A stretch of 35,867 nt of DNA from positions 1 through 35,867 of IMG/VR virus record IMGVR_UViG_2563366856_000003. One strand, 5' to 3'. The notes under the pieces were generated by a model, which saw only the letters and a program-made list of their open reading frames with translations, was not told the origin of the DNA and searched no databases. The position numbers were made by a program, and so were the translations under genes. Shown here piece after piece: positions 9,545 to 18,531 of the stretch (positions are counted from its first letter, which is position 1; each line of letters begins with the position of its first letter). The stretch is from a virus (taxonomy: Duplodnaviria > Heunggongvirae > Uroviricota > Caudoviricetes).

Positions 9545-10649
9545 TTGCCCTTATTATACTATAAAAGGCAATACTATAAAAGGCAACACTAAAAAAGAAA
9601 ACATTTCATCTTCTGCTGTTTTAACAACAGCCCTGCATACTTCTCTTCTAAAAATCACAACGGTAATTAATGAAATTAATTCTATTTATCCCTTTGATGT
9701 CTCAGTTGTTATTCCGGTTCACAACCGAGAAACCCTTATTCTCGAATGCATTAAATCTTTAAACAATCAGACTATAGATAAAAATTGTTTTGAAGTTATT
9801 TTCATTGATGACTGTTCCACTGACAGGAGCATTGCCGCCATTGAATATAACATTTCGAGAGAAATAAATTATCGTATTATCCGTAGAGCAGTTGGTTCAG
9901 GGAATGCATCAGCGCCGCGAAATGAGGGAATAAAATCCGCAAAAGGTCGCTATGTGTTTTTCTTAGACTCTGATGATTCCATTCACTCTGACTTACTGTC
10001 CGATGGTATTCAGATGGCTTATAAAAACAATAGTGACATTGTATATTTCAAGCAGGTTTCCTCTACAGGGAGAGGGGTTCCTGTACGCCCATTTAAGGCA
10101 GACACGAATAAAGCAGATATTATAAAAAACCATCTTTTTAGATCATTAAAAATCTTCAAGTTCTTTAAAAGAGAGTTGCTAATCAATAACAACATCTTAT
10201 TTAACCCATCAATTTCAGTCTATGAGGATATGCTTTTTTCTTGCCAGAGCCTAACTGTAGCTAATACGATATCTATACTGGCAAGAAAGGGCTACTACTC
10301 TCTGAATCGCCATGAAGAACCACATCTATCTAAAACATCTTTCTCCATTAAACAAAGAGCCTTGGTATTACAAACAGGTTTGATTTATATCTTATCAAGC
10401 AATAAAAATGAAGCAGAAATAGTAAAAATGTTTAATGCATGGCTGGTTATTTGCGTTGAGCACTTGGCATCCATATTATCCAAAAAAAGTTTAACAACTA
10501 ATGAGAAGTCTCACGTTTTTAACTTGATACATAAATCACTCTTACCATATACAGGGCTTGTAAATGAGTCCCAAATATATCCCGCACAAAGAGAGCTTGT
10601 CAGTTGCTTAATCTGTGGAGATTATTCTTCTTTTTGCGAAAAAATATAA
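9516..10649 (+). CDS. Family 2 (GT-A fold) glycosyltransferase, probable surface-polysaccharide-modifying lysogenic-conversion gene
   Basis: 377-aa ORF with VVIPVHNRE...IFIDDCSTDRS and DSDD (DXD) motifs typical of GT2; the annotated start is a GTG immediately after the repeat with no usable RBS and there is no in-frame ATG upstream of the domain; AT-rich. Confidence 0.8.
9558..9602. repeat. 15-bp tandem repeat (about 2.5 copies) in the glycosyltransferase 5' region
   Basis: ACTATAAAAGGCAAT / ACTATAAAAGGCAAC / ACTAAAAAAGAAAAC, encoding TIKGN-TIKGN-TKKEN. Confidence 0.8.
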
Positions 10650-10688
10650 AAACACTTAACTACAGATACTCCTAACTTTGTATCTGAC

Positions 10689-10718
10689 GCCCCTCACCCT
10701 AAATTAAGGGTGAGGGGC
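10689..10718. other. Perfect 11-bp GC-rich hairpin between the convergent glycosyltransferase and tail-fibre genes
   Basis: GCCCCTCACCC-TAAATTA-GGGTGAGGGGC followed by A8 on plus strand; not a canonical terminator for either strand (U-run precedes the hairpin on the minus strand). Confidence 0.6.
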
Positions 10719-10860
10719 AAAAAAAATAATTATTTGATGTTATATTTATATGCCATCACATCTTTTAACTCCAGTTGTTACGGGGAGGACAGTGACTCGT
10801 ATCAACTAAAGTTTGATCTGTAGATAACACTATTTTAAGCAGATACTCATTAAGGCTTGT

Positions 10861-13719
10861 TTATTCTGAAGTCTCCAACTTCATCAAACGATGATTTAAG
10901 TCAACAAAGCGTTCCATTAACAAATCCACCTGGCTGACAACAGCACATAGACACCACCAGAGAAGCTCCTCTTTCCGGAAGCGATAACGGCTTCCTGCTT
11001 CGGTTGCAGGGCGAACAAGAACCCTTTCCGCCTGTCGGGTAAGCACACGAGTTGTCCCGCTCAACAGCTCCCCTTCATCCGAATAAATCGCTGGCTGAAC
11101 CGGAATATCTTCATACTCTTCCGGTATATCTTCGTACTGTGCCTCCTCCGCTTCCCACGAATCCAGACAAAATGCGCTGTATTTCCGCCAGTCCAGACCG
11201 TGTTTCTCCATCACCGCTATCGCGGCCTGGACTGTCGGCCCGGCGTGCAGACGCGCGTCCTCGCCCTCCTCCTCAATTCTCTGTAACCAGCGCCACACGC
11301 CCGGAAGCCGTGCTATTTCTGCAAATGCCGCGTTTTCGGCTGCCGTCGCATCGCGCGGTGTATCCTTTAACGTCGCATCCGACACAACGGTCGGCGAGTT
11401 GCAGAGATACACGCTCCGGAACGCTTTGTTGGGCGCACCCAGGTCGCTGGTATTGTTAACCGATGGCCGGAATGCACCGTTAATATCTGTATCCATCTGC
11501 ATGAATGCAGTGCCGTCACTACGGGCTGCAATTACATAAGCGTCAGCAGAATCGTCATAAATACCCAGATTCCCGGCTGTTGATACCTGGAAAGCTCCCG
11601 CCTTCAGCGTGGTGCTGATGGCCATGCGCTTCTGGGTTTCGTCATCCGATTTAATATTCACGCCCTGCAGGTATGCCACATTCCAGCGATTTGGCGATGA
11701 CCCCAGATTCATTGCCTTGTCCTGGTCGGGATGAAATGCCGGCGAGACCGGACTCAATAATACAGACCAGGTCTCACTGCCATCGGTACAATAAAGCCTT
11801 GTGCGCCCCGCCGACTGAGTATCGTTCATTGAGTAAAGGTTAATCCCGCCACCGCTCAACAAATCCACGTCAGCGCGTATTTCCAGACAATCGTGCACGG
11901 TGTTCAGTCGGTGTTTCCACTGAACGAAGCGGCCTGTGTATTCTCCGGTTCGGAACGCATCCCCGTACAAACGAAAAACAGCAGCAGAAGTGTCTGTATC
12001 CGGAGCCTCCTTTCTGACCTCAAATAACGGGCGATGCGAGCGCAGATTCTGCTCATAGGCTGCCACCTGGAAGTCTTCATTGGGTGACAGGGCAATATTT
12101 ACAGCATTGGGACTCAGAAAAAGGCTAGCATGGCTGTCAGGAAACGCCACGCCGGAGTCCACCAGATAGCCTGTGCCGTCGTAAGCCTCCACGGAAACCA
12201 CAGCTTTGCTGCGTTTTGTCGCCACGCCACACGTATAAGACTTCGTGGCATCATATTTCGTTGCAGCCGCCGTTCCATATGCTGTAGGCGTCCAGTAAGA
12301 TGGATTCACCGGGGAACGGCCAGAAAAATTTGTTGCACGTGCTGCAAAGTATGCCCCCTCAAAAGAAACCACATCGGCTGTCTGACACCAGAAATCCATA
12401 TCGAGCAGATACAGTTTTCCGTTATGAAGAGCCAGCCCTTCGGCTTCCTGCAAAACGGGATACCCCAGCTCTGCATTCCCCAGCATTTTCTGGCGGCCAT
12501 ACCTGGCACGAACGCCATCCACATTGAACTGTCTGACAACTTCGCCCGTTGACAGGTTATATACAACAATGCGGTGAGTCAGAAATACGCCTGTATAACC
12601 GTAATAAGCAAACAGATAATGACCATCGCTGGCCATCCCCTGAAATGCCTGCGACACCATTGACTGGGTGGACAGATAAATCCGGTGTTTAAACGTCAGA
12701 GAAGCGCGATCGAAAACATAAACTGTGCGGCGGTCATCCCTGTTGTAATGAAGATGGACGGCTTCATTACTTGACTGAACAATCAACAGGCTTCCGTCTA
12801 CCGACAATGCCACCGTTATAATTTCATCCCCGGTAAAAAAGTCAGAGGTGAAAATCTCCGTACGGGTGACATCTGTCAGACTGGTGTCAGCCCCATTCCA
12901 GTTGATGATATTCACACCCTTGCCGTCAGCGGTCGGGGTATACAGCATCACGCGACCGTCTTCACATACAGCCCCGATACTCTGGTGACCAATATCAGCG
13001 AAAACGGGAGAAAACGAAATGACCGTCGGGTTTTCGTTTTCTCCGTCAGGGTTAAATGTCGTTTCAACAATCCTTACGCCACCCGATACAGGCTGATGCA
13101 GAAACATTCTGGTTCCCTGCGGCGTATCACAGATACAGAACCCCTGACTCATATTATCCGCACCGTCAAAAATCCCGGCGTAGTCAATATCGTGGACAAC
13201 TTTATGCTGAAGAACCACATCATCAATGACAGTACGATGAAAACTGGATATGGCTTTATCGACGTAATCCTGCGTCGCCATCACCGTGCTGGCATCAATA
13301 CTCAGCTCAACAGACGCCACGTTACTGACAATAATAACCATGCGGCAGGTCTGCGCACGCCCGGAGCCTTCAGCCAGTTCAGGCTTATAGCTTTCTGCCA
13401 TGTTAGCGACCGCAATCAGTGTTCCGGCATCGTCATACAGACCAAGTTCACGCATCCAGAAGCCGCCCACTTCTGGCGGTACAACCAGTTCAGCCACGAT
13501 ATAGTTTTTATTCTTGTTATCCACGCTGACTTTATTCAGGGCGTGACGCCAGACCTCATGCACCAGTTTCGTCTGACCAGCATCCGGCACCGGCAATTTG
13601 CCATTACCGTCACCCACGGCCATTGCAGACAGGGTTACTTTTTTCCCGCCGGGGACAGTGGCGGCTGCCAGCTTTGCGGCTCCGGCAGTAGTGATAACGG
13701 TTTTAAATTTCGTGCTCAT
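10861..13719 (-). CDS. H: Tail fibre protein: gpH-like N-terminus, non-P2 central/receptor-binding region, candidate C-terminal intramolecular chaperone domain
   Basis: 952-aa ORF; first about 150 aa match P2 gpH (MSTKFKTVITTAGAAKLAAAT...GGFWMRELGLYDDAGTLIAVANMAESYKP), the rest is unrelated; C-terminal region contains an S-D-x-x-x-K motif (SDATLKD); no gpG-like assembly gene follows. Confidence 0.85.
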   Translation of the reverse strand: MSTKFKTVITTAGAAKLAAATVPGGKKVTLSAMAVGDGNGKLPVPDAGQTKLVHEVWRHALNKVSVDNKNKNYIVAELVVPPEVGGFWMRELGLYDDAGTLIAVANMAESYKPELAEGSGRAQTCRMVIIVSNVASVELSIDASTVMATQDYVDKAISSFHRTVIDDVVLQHKVVHDIDYAGIFDGADNMSQGFCICDTPQGTRMFLHQPVSGGVRIVETTFNPDGENENPTVISFSPVFADIGHQSIGAVCEDGRVMLYTPTADGKGVNIINWNGADTSLTDVTRTEIFTSDFFTGDEIITVALSVDGSLLIVQSSNEAVHLHYNRDDRRTVYVFDRASLTFKHRIYLSTQSMVSQAFQGMASDGHYLFAYYGYTGVFLTHRIVVYNLSTGEVVRQFNVDGVRARYGRQKMLGNAELGYPVLQEAEGLALHNGKLYLLDMDFWCQTADVVSFEGAYFAARATNFSGRSPVNPSYWTPTAYGTAAATKYDATKSYTCGVATKRSKAVVSVEAYDGTGYLVDSGVAFPDSHASLFLSPNAVNIALSPNEDFQVAAYEQNLRSHRPLFEVRKEAPDTDTSAAVFRLYGDAFRTGEYTGRFVQWKHRLNTVHDCLEIRADVDLLSGGGINLYSMNDTQSAGRTRLYCTDGSETWSVLLSPVSPAFHPDQDKAMNLGSSPNRWNVAYLQGVNIKSDDETQKRMAISTTLKAGAFQVSTAGNLGIYDDSADAYVIAARSDGTAFMQMDTDINGAFRPSVNNTSDLGAPNKAFRSVYLCNSPTVVSDATLKDTPRDATAAENAAFAEIARLPGVWRWLQRIEEEGEDARLHAGPTVQAAIAVMEKHGLDWRKYSAFCLDSWEAEEAQYEDIPEEYEDIPVQPAIYSDEGELLSGTTRVLTRQAERVLVRPATEAGSRYRFRKEELLWWCLCAVVSQVDLLMERFVDLNHRLMKLETSE

Positions 13720-13729
13720 TGTTTCTCAC

Positions 13730-14260
13730 TTATCCGGGATAAACAGTAATAACATCACCATCACAGACCACACCGCCTGTATACAGATAGCCGGGAATGT
13801 CCTGGATAATGTTCAGACCGATAAGGTGGCGACTTGCGGGTTTGGCATCGGCAATCAGCCGTTCCATTTCCAGATACATCTCCTCCGTGATGCCGCTTTC
13901 CAGTACGCCGATATCAAGGCGGAATGTTCCGGGCGGGTCGTTTGTCTCCCACCATTCCTTTACGTTAATTAGATAGCCTAGCGGCTCCACCACACGCCGG
14001 ATTGCACCTATAGTGCCTTTATGACAGTGGATGAAATACGCATCGCGGATAACGGCGCGTTTTGTCGCTTCCGGCCACTTTTCATCCCATCTGTCGACCG
14101 AAAACGCCCACGCCAGCCACGGCAGCAGATTTGCCGGGCAGGTGTCCGGGTTCCACAGCTCACGAATACTGACCGGTGTTTTTTCAATTTCCGCACAGGC
14201 TTTTGCGGCGGCGACCTCAAGCGGTGATGAGCCGGTCGGCAGCAGTCGCGAATCACTCAT
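13730..14260 (-). CDS. I: Baseplate assembly protein I
   Basis: 176-aa ORF matching P2 gpI. Confidence 0.95.
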   Translation of the reverse strand: MSDSRLLPTGSSPLEVAAAKACAEIEKTPVSIRELWNPDTCPANLLPWLAWAFSVDRWDEKWPEATKRAVIRDAYFIHCHKGTIGAIRRVVEPLGYLINVKEWWETNDPPGTFRLDIGVLESGITEEMYLEMERLIADAKPASRHLIGLNIIQDIPGYLYTGGVVCDGDVITVYPG

Positions 14261-15161
14261 CCGAGCCTCCGGTCACGACGCGGTATTCAGTACAGAAAGA
14301 CGCCTGCGTGCTGTTAAGCACGATATCGGCCAGCGGTGCAGCCAGTTCGACACGCTGCACGCCTTCCACATGCAAAGCGGCATAAATGGCAGACAGACGG
14401 ATGTCGCGCCCCAGCCGGTGCTGTGCCGTGATGTACGCTTCCAGTTTTTTCACGGCAGCAGCGCGGATGGGTTCGCTTTCGGGACCAGGGTAAAGGTAAA
14501 GCGTGGCGTTTATCTGGTATTCAACAATGGCGGCAGACTGCACGGTCACGCGGTCGGCCACCGGTCTGACGTCCTCGCCATTCAGGGCGTTACGCACCAC
14601 CGCCAGCAGGTCTTCGGATGCGACACCGTTATTCTCACGTGACAGCACAGAGATGGTGACGCAGGCCGGAGACGGACTGGTGACAGAGATATCCGCGACA
14701 CGCCCGTCAGCACTGCGACCATGATACTGATAGGCACCCACCGACCCGGCGACGCTTAAACCTTCAAACGCCTGCTGAATACGCAGACGATAATCGGTAT
14801 CAGATTCCATCACTGCCGGTGTCGGCGGGATAGTCGAATCATCTGCCGGGGTGATAGTCAGACGCGTGGTGTTGTAATTGGCACCAATCACATCAAGGTC
14901 ATTACCCGCGGCACAGGCCAGCATCACCGCCCGTGCGGCCTCATTCACACGCTGACGCCAGATAAGCTCACGATAAGCATTTTCCTCCAGCAATTTGACG
15001 AGAGGCTCGGATTCCAGCGTCAGGGTACGGGCGACCGCCTCCTGCTGGGCTTCCGGGTAAAGGGAAATCAGTGTCGCCTTGCGTTCGGCGAGAATGGTTT
15101 CAAAGTCCAGCTCCTCGACCACATCCGGTGCGGGTAGCTGGTTCAGGTCGATAATCGGCAT
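14253..15161 (-). CDS. J: Baseplate assembly protein J
   Basis: 302-aa ORF matching P2 gpJ; overlaps I start. Confidence 0.95.
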   Translation of the reverse strand: MPIIDLNQLPAPDVVEELDFETILAERKATLISLYPEAQQEAVARTLTLESEPLVKLLEENAYRELIWRQRVNEAARAVMLACAAGNDLDVIGANYNTTRLTITPADDSTIPPTPAVMESDTDYRLRIQQAFEGLSVAGSVGAYQYHGRSADGRVADISVTSPSPACVTISVLSRENNGVASEDLLAVVRNALNGEDVRPVADRVTVQSAAIVEYQINATLYLYPGPESEPIRAAAVKKLEAYITAQHRLGRDIRLSAIYAALHVEGVQRVELAAPLADIVLNSTQASFCTEYRVVTGGSDE

Positions 15162-15165
15162 GGTT

Positions 15166-15513
15166 TCAACTCACAGGGATGGTTAACGAAAGTGGCTGGC
15201 CGGTGTCGTTGTGCTGGCCGGTTAAGGTGACCGTCATTCGCCCGTCAAAACTGCGCTCAGTGGTGACGGATGACAGGGTGACGCGGGGTTCCCATTTCAG
15301 CACCGCCATGTAACAGGCGACCTTAATCTGCAACTCAAGCGCCGGGGTCTGCGGCTGGTCAATCATTGACGCCAGCAACGAGCCGTAATCACGACGCATC
15401 ACCCGCGAGCCGACCGGTGTGCGCAGGATATCGCCGATACTCTGGCTGATATGCTCAAGGTCAGTGACAGTCAGGCCATCACTGCAATTCATTCCGAGAT
15501 AACGCGCTGTCAT
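15166..15513 (-). CDS. W: Baseplate protein W
   Basis: 115-aa ORF matching P2 gpW. Confidence 0.95.
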   Translation of the reverse strand: MTARYLGMNCSDGLTVTDLEHISQSIGDILRTPVGSRVMRRDYGSLLASMIDQPQTPALELQIKVACYMAVLKWEPRVTLSSVTTERSFDGRMTVTLTGQHNDTGQPLSLTIPVS

Positions 15514-16145
15514 AGAGGGCTCCCGGTTGTGCCGCCGCTGTCGCCGGGGTGTTTATGGGTATGCAGTACCTTACCGTTTGATGAGAGTTCACCGCCGGTG
15601 TGTTCAATGTTGCCGCGCATCGTCCCGCCCTTCTGCACTTCCAGCGTGCCGGTAATCAGCCTGTTGGTGCAAACCACCTCCGGTGTGTCCAGGGTGACGC
15701 GGGTTGATGCTTTCACCATGACCACCGGCACCGTGGCAGTAACAGAATCAGAAGCCGTCACGCTGGCCGTTTTAATTCCGCTTACCGTGAGTGCACTGGT
15801 TTCGGGTTCATACTCAATCACCGCCCCGTCAGGGAAACGGATATGCAGGGCATCCGCCGACGCAGACGGCGCGGGGTTATCGCCGGAATAAATCCCCGGC
15901 AGAACGAACGCCGTGTCGAGTTCACCGCCCACAGCCAGAATCAGCACCTGTTCCCCCACGGAAGGTGCCCACCATGTGCGCGAACGTCCGGCACGATGGG
16001 TCAGCCACTGAAGCCAGTCAGTGCACATGCCACCGGTCTGCACACGGCAGCGACCGGCTTTAAGGTTGGTTTCGACGACAAGGCCGGTACGAATCATGTT
16101 GCGCAGTGCGCGCGCGAGTTCCTGAATATTTGCGAGAGTGTTCAT
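15510..16145 (-). CDS. V: Baseplate spike protein V
   Basis: 211-aa product from ATG at 16143-16145 (MNTLANIQELARALRNMIRTG...) matching P2 gpV; the ORF-track start 16163 is probably too long. Confidence 0.9.
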   Translation of the reverse strand: MNTLANIQELARALRNMIRTGLVVETNLKAGRCRVQTGGMCTDWLQWLTHRAGRSRTWWAPSVGEQVLILAVGGELDTAFVLPGIYSGDNPAPSASADALHIRFPDGAVIEYEPETSALTVSGIKTASVTASDSVTATVPVVMVKASTRVTLDTPEVVCTNRLITGTLEVQKGGTMRGNIEHTGGELSSNGKVLHTHKHPGDSGGTTGSPL

Positions 16146-16228
16146 GCGTGTGAGATTGCACAATATATAAAAGTTATGCTATCTGGATTCATTTGTAGAA
16201 CGACCATACAACATTCGAGGAGAGCGTA

Positions 16229-17014
16229 ATGTTCAGTGATAATGTGACTAATGCGTGGTGGTTTATCTCTTTGTATCTATTTTTATTAATAGCATTAACA
16301 TTTATTACCTTTGGTAAAAGTAATCTTATGAGGTTTATTGCACATCATTTCAATTTTGAGTATTCAGACAGAAAGTTAAAAATGCTCGACAAAAAATGGC
16401 GCGACATTCAACTATTTAAAATAATTAACGGAATCAATGTATCAGGCATCGAAGATGTGAGAATGATACAGCAGGGGCTGATTGATGGAAAACTAAAAAC
16501 ATCGTATTTTTTTCTTACTCGCTTCTGGGGTGACATAACAAAACCACCACACATAATTAAAACAATAATTGTAATTCTGTCCAGCATTATTTATATTCTC
16601 TTCGCATGTTATATACACAACAAACAATCCGCTATAGTAAGAGATGCCATAGGCATACCATATAAAAATATGATGTACTATGTTTATAGTGACAAAGTTC
16701 TTTTATCCTTCAACAATAAAACAGTTGAATTCAATAAAACTTATAGCCTTGCCGATTGCAAGAGGCTACGAAACATATTTATAAAAGACACACTTCCTGA
16801 GATCGCCTGCAATAAGCTCTTACAGCTAAACGAGGAGGACTCGGAATGGTTAAGTCAGGAGATTAAAGATAATAACAGCCAAAAAAAAGCATTATTAATA
16901 ATATCCCTCATCTATTTCATTTCAGGTCTGGTTATATTCCTGTCATATACAAAATTCCTTTACGCCAATAAGAAGGTTGTAGAATACAAAGCATCAAATA
17001 AAAATCACTCATAA
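16229..17014 (+). CDS. Hypothetical membrane protein (three predicted TM helices), AT-rich moron opposite to the late genes
   Basis: 261-aa ORF with strong GGAGAG Shine-Dalgarno; hydrophobic segments at N-terminus, middle and C-terminus; lysine/asparagine-rich; occupies the P2 orf30 position between V and S. Confidence 0.7.
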   Translation: MFSDNVTNAWWFISLYLFLLIALTFITFGKSNLMRFIAHHFNFEYSDRKLKMLDKKWRDIQLFKIINGINVSGIEDVRMIQQGLIDGKLKTSYFFLTRFWGDITKPPHIIKTIIVILSSIIYILFACYIHNKQSAIVRDAIGIPYKNMMYYVYSDKVLLSFNNKTVEFNKTYSLADCKRLRNIFIKDTLPEIACNKLLQLNEEDSEWLSQEIKDNNSQKKALLIISLIYFISGLVIFLSYTKFLYANKKVVEYKASNKNHS

Positions 17015-17019
17015 GCCTC

Positions 17020-17056
17020 TAAACATTGAGCGACCAGCATGGCCGCTCAATGTTTA
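17020..17056. other. 13-bp perfect inverted repeat between the convergent moron and S genes
   Basis: TAAACATTGAGCG ... CGCTCAATGTTTA with 11-nt loop; no flanking U-run. Confidence 0.6.
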
Positions 17057-17085
17057 ATTGCGCATCAGCCTCTGCCTGGATAAAA

Positions 17086-17538
17086 CTAACGCTCAAGGTG
17101 AGCCAGGATAATCTCTTCAATCATCTGCACATCCTCACCGGTAAAGCCGAGCAGAGGACGCGCCGGATAATCAATTTTCTTACCGTCTTTCCGGGTTTCT
17201 TCCGACAGACCGAACTGATGCACACTGGCGATTTTCGGCGACTTCCCGCCGTAAAATTCCATTGATGCCTGTTCCGGGCTGGCGCGGATATGCAAAAAAC
17301 GACTGGTAATAAGTTTCGCAAACATTTTTCGCTTAACGCGACCGGTCTTTTTTCTGGCGCTCTGCTGCTGACGTGGCGCGTAGGGGGTGCCGTCCGGGGC
17401 TTTCTGTGCCATCACCCGACGCTGCTGACTCTGACGCAGACGTTTCGCCAGTTCGGCGCTCAGTCGCCGACGCCCTGACGGTGACAGCGATTCAATCAGC
17501 CCGGTCAGCCGGTCTTCAAAACGCTTAAACTCATTCAT
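17086..17538 (-). CDS. S: Tail completion protein S
   Basis: 150-aa ORF matching P2 gpS. Confidence 0.95.
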   Translation of the reverse strand: MNEFKRFEDRLTGLIESLSPSGRRRLSAELAKRLRQSQQRRVMAQKAPDGTPYAPRQQQSARKKTGRVKRKMFAKLITSRFLHIRASPEQASMEFYGGKSPKIASVHQFGLSEETRKDGKKIDYPARPLLGFTGEDVQMIEEIILAHLER

Positions 17539-17998
17539 CCCACTTACTCACCAGTTCGCCATTGATATAAAGCTCCATCGGGCGGGTGACCGGCTCCGGC
17601 GGCGGGGGTTCCGGGATATTCTTCACATGCAGCGCGCCGCCCACCTCACTGACCAGCGTGCGTTCGGTCAGCATCAGGCTGATACTGATATCAAAGCTGC
17701 TGTCATTGTTGATGTCTGCATAAAACGTGAAGCCTTTTTTCTGGCCTTCGTCGGTGGTCATGATGTCGGGCTGATTTTCCCGCAGCCACGCCAGCACCGG
17801 CACGATGAGCAGGTCAAAATCACCGGTAAAATCGGTCACAATGACATTGAGCGTGTAACGCTTTTCGAATGACAGCGACGTCGCCAGTGTGGAGGCAATA
17901 CTCCCGTTATCCACGAATATCCGAAGCATATCGGGGTTAGTTTTCAGCACCGTGACGGCATCAGTCAGCGCCCTGCGCAGGCTGTCGGGTTTGAGCAT
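17531..17998 (-). CDS. R: Tail completion protein R
   Basis: 155-aa ORF matching P2 gpR. Confidence 0.95.
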   Translation of the reverse strand: MLKPDSLRRALTDAVTVLKTNPDMLRIFVDNGSIASTLATSLSFEKRYTLNVIVTDFTGDFDLLIVPVLAWLRENQPDIMTTDEGQKKGFTFYADINNDSSFDISISLMLTERTLVSEVGGALHVKNIPEPPPPEPVTRPMELYINGELVSKWDE

Positions 17999-18251
17999 CG
18001 TTTTCGTCCTGACAGTGTTTAATCATTTTTACCTGGCTGGCACAGCGTGCCAGCGCGTTCTCAAGCTGCCGGATATCGGCACTTAAATCGCCGTTCGTCT
18101 GCGGGTCACTGCCCGGCATCGGGCAAAGACTCACTTTCGGGCAGGCGTTGTGGACAATCACTGGCGTCGGTGCAGGCGGGGCGCTGGTGCAACCGGCGCA
18201 CAGCATCAGGCAGGTCAGCGCCATACCAGCGGCGGAAATCTTCGTTTTCAT
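17961..18251 (-). CDS. lysC: Outer-membrane spanin lipoprotein LysC (Rz1-like), nested in lysB in a different frame
   Basis: Internal ATG at 18249-18251 gives MKTKISAAGMALTCLMLCAGC... with lipobox, proline-rich; embedded in the 3' part of lysB. Confidence 0.8.
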   Translation of the reverse strand: MKTKISAAGMALTCLMLCAGCTSAPPAPTPVIVHNACPKVSLCPMPGSDPQTNGDLSADIRQLENALARCASQVKMIKHCQDENDAQTRQPAQGAD

Positions 18252-18531
18252 TGAGTAATCTCGTGATGGTTTTCTCGCGCTGAGCTTCACGCTTCGCGGC
18301 GTTTTCCAGTTCCTGACGCAGTGCCACCTGCGCCAGCTCGTTTTTGTCTGCCCTGGTGAGCGCAACATGAAGCTGATTTTTCAGCATGGTGATGGTCGCC
18401 TGTTGCTCGCTGGCTACGTTGTTTGCCCTGTCCAGTGAGGTGCGCAGGCTGGCGTTTTTATGCTTCGCCAGAAACAGACCCGCCACCGCCAGCGATAACA
18501 ACACGACCAGCACAATCATCAGCCTTGACAT
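18106..18531 (-). CDS. lysB: Inner-membrane spanin LysB (Rz-like)
   Basis: 141-aa ORF with N-terminal TM helix and coiled coil; matches P2 LysB. Confidence 0.9.
   Translation of the reverse strand: MSRLMIVLVVLLSLAVAGLFLAKHKNASLRTSLDRANNVASEQQATITMLKNQLHVALTRADKNELAQVALRQELENAAKREAQREKTITRLLNENEDFRRWYGADLPDAVRRLHQRPACTDASDCPQRLPESESLPDAGQ

Noticed and set aside
12985-13972. Plus-strand ORFs of 254 and 124 aa inside the tail-fibre gene H
   Set aside because: Antisense to the H coding sequence; no recognisable domains or RBS
16176-16215. Ogr-type late promoter dyad (TGT-N12-ACA) for V
   Set aside because: Candidate TGT...ACA pairs near 16194-16212 have 11-bp rather than 12-bp spacing; a late promoter must be in this area but I could not place it confidently
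17026-17265. 79-aa plus-strand ORF overlapping the S gene 3' end
   Set aside because: Begins inside the inverted repeat, runs antisense to S, no RBS
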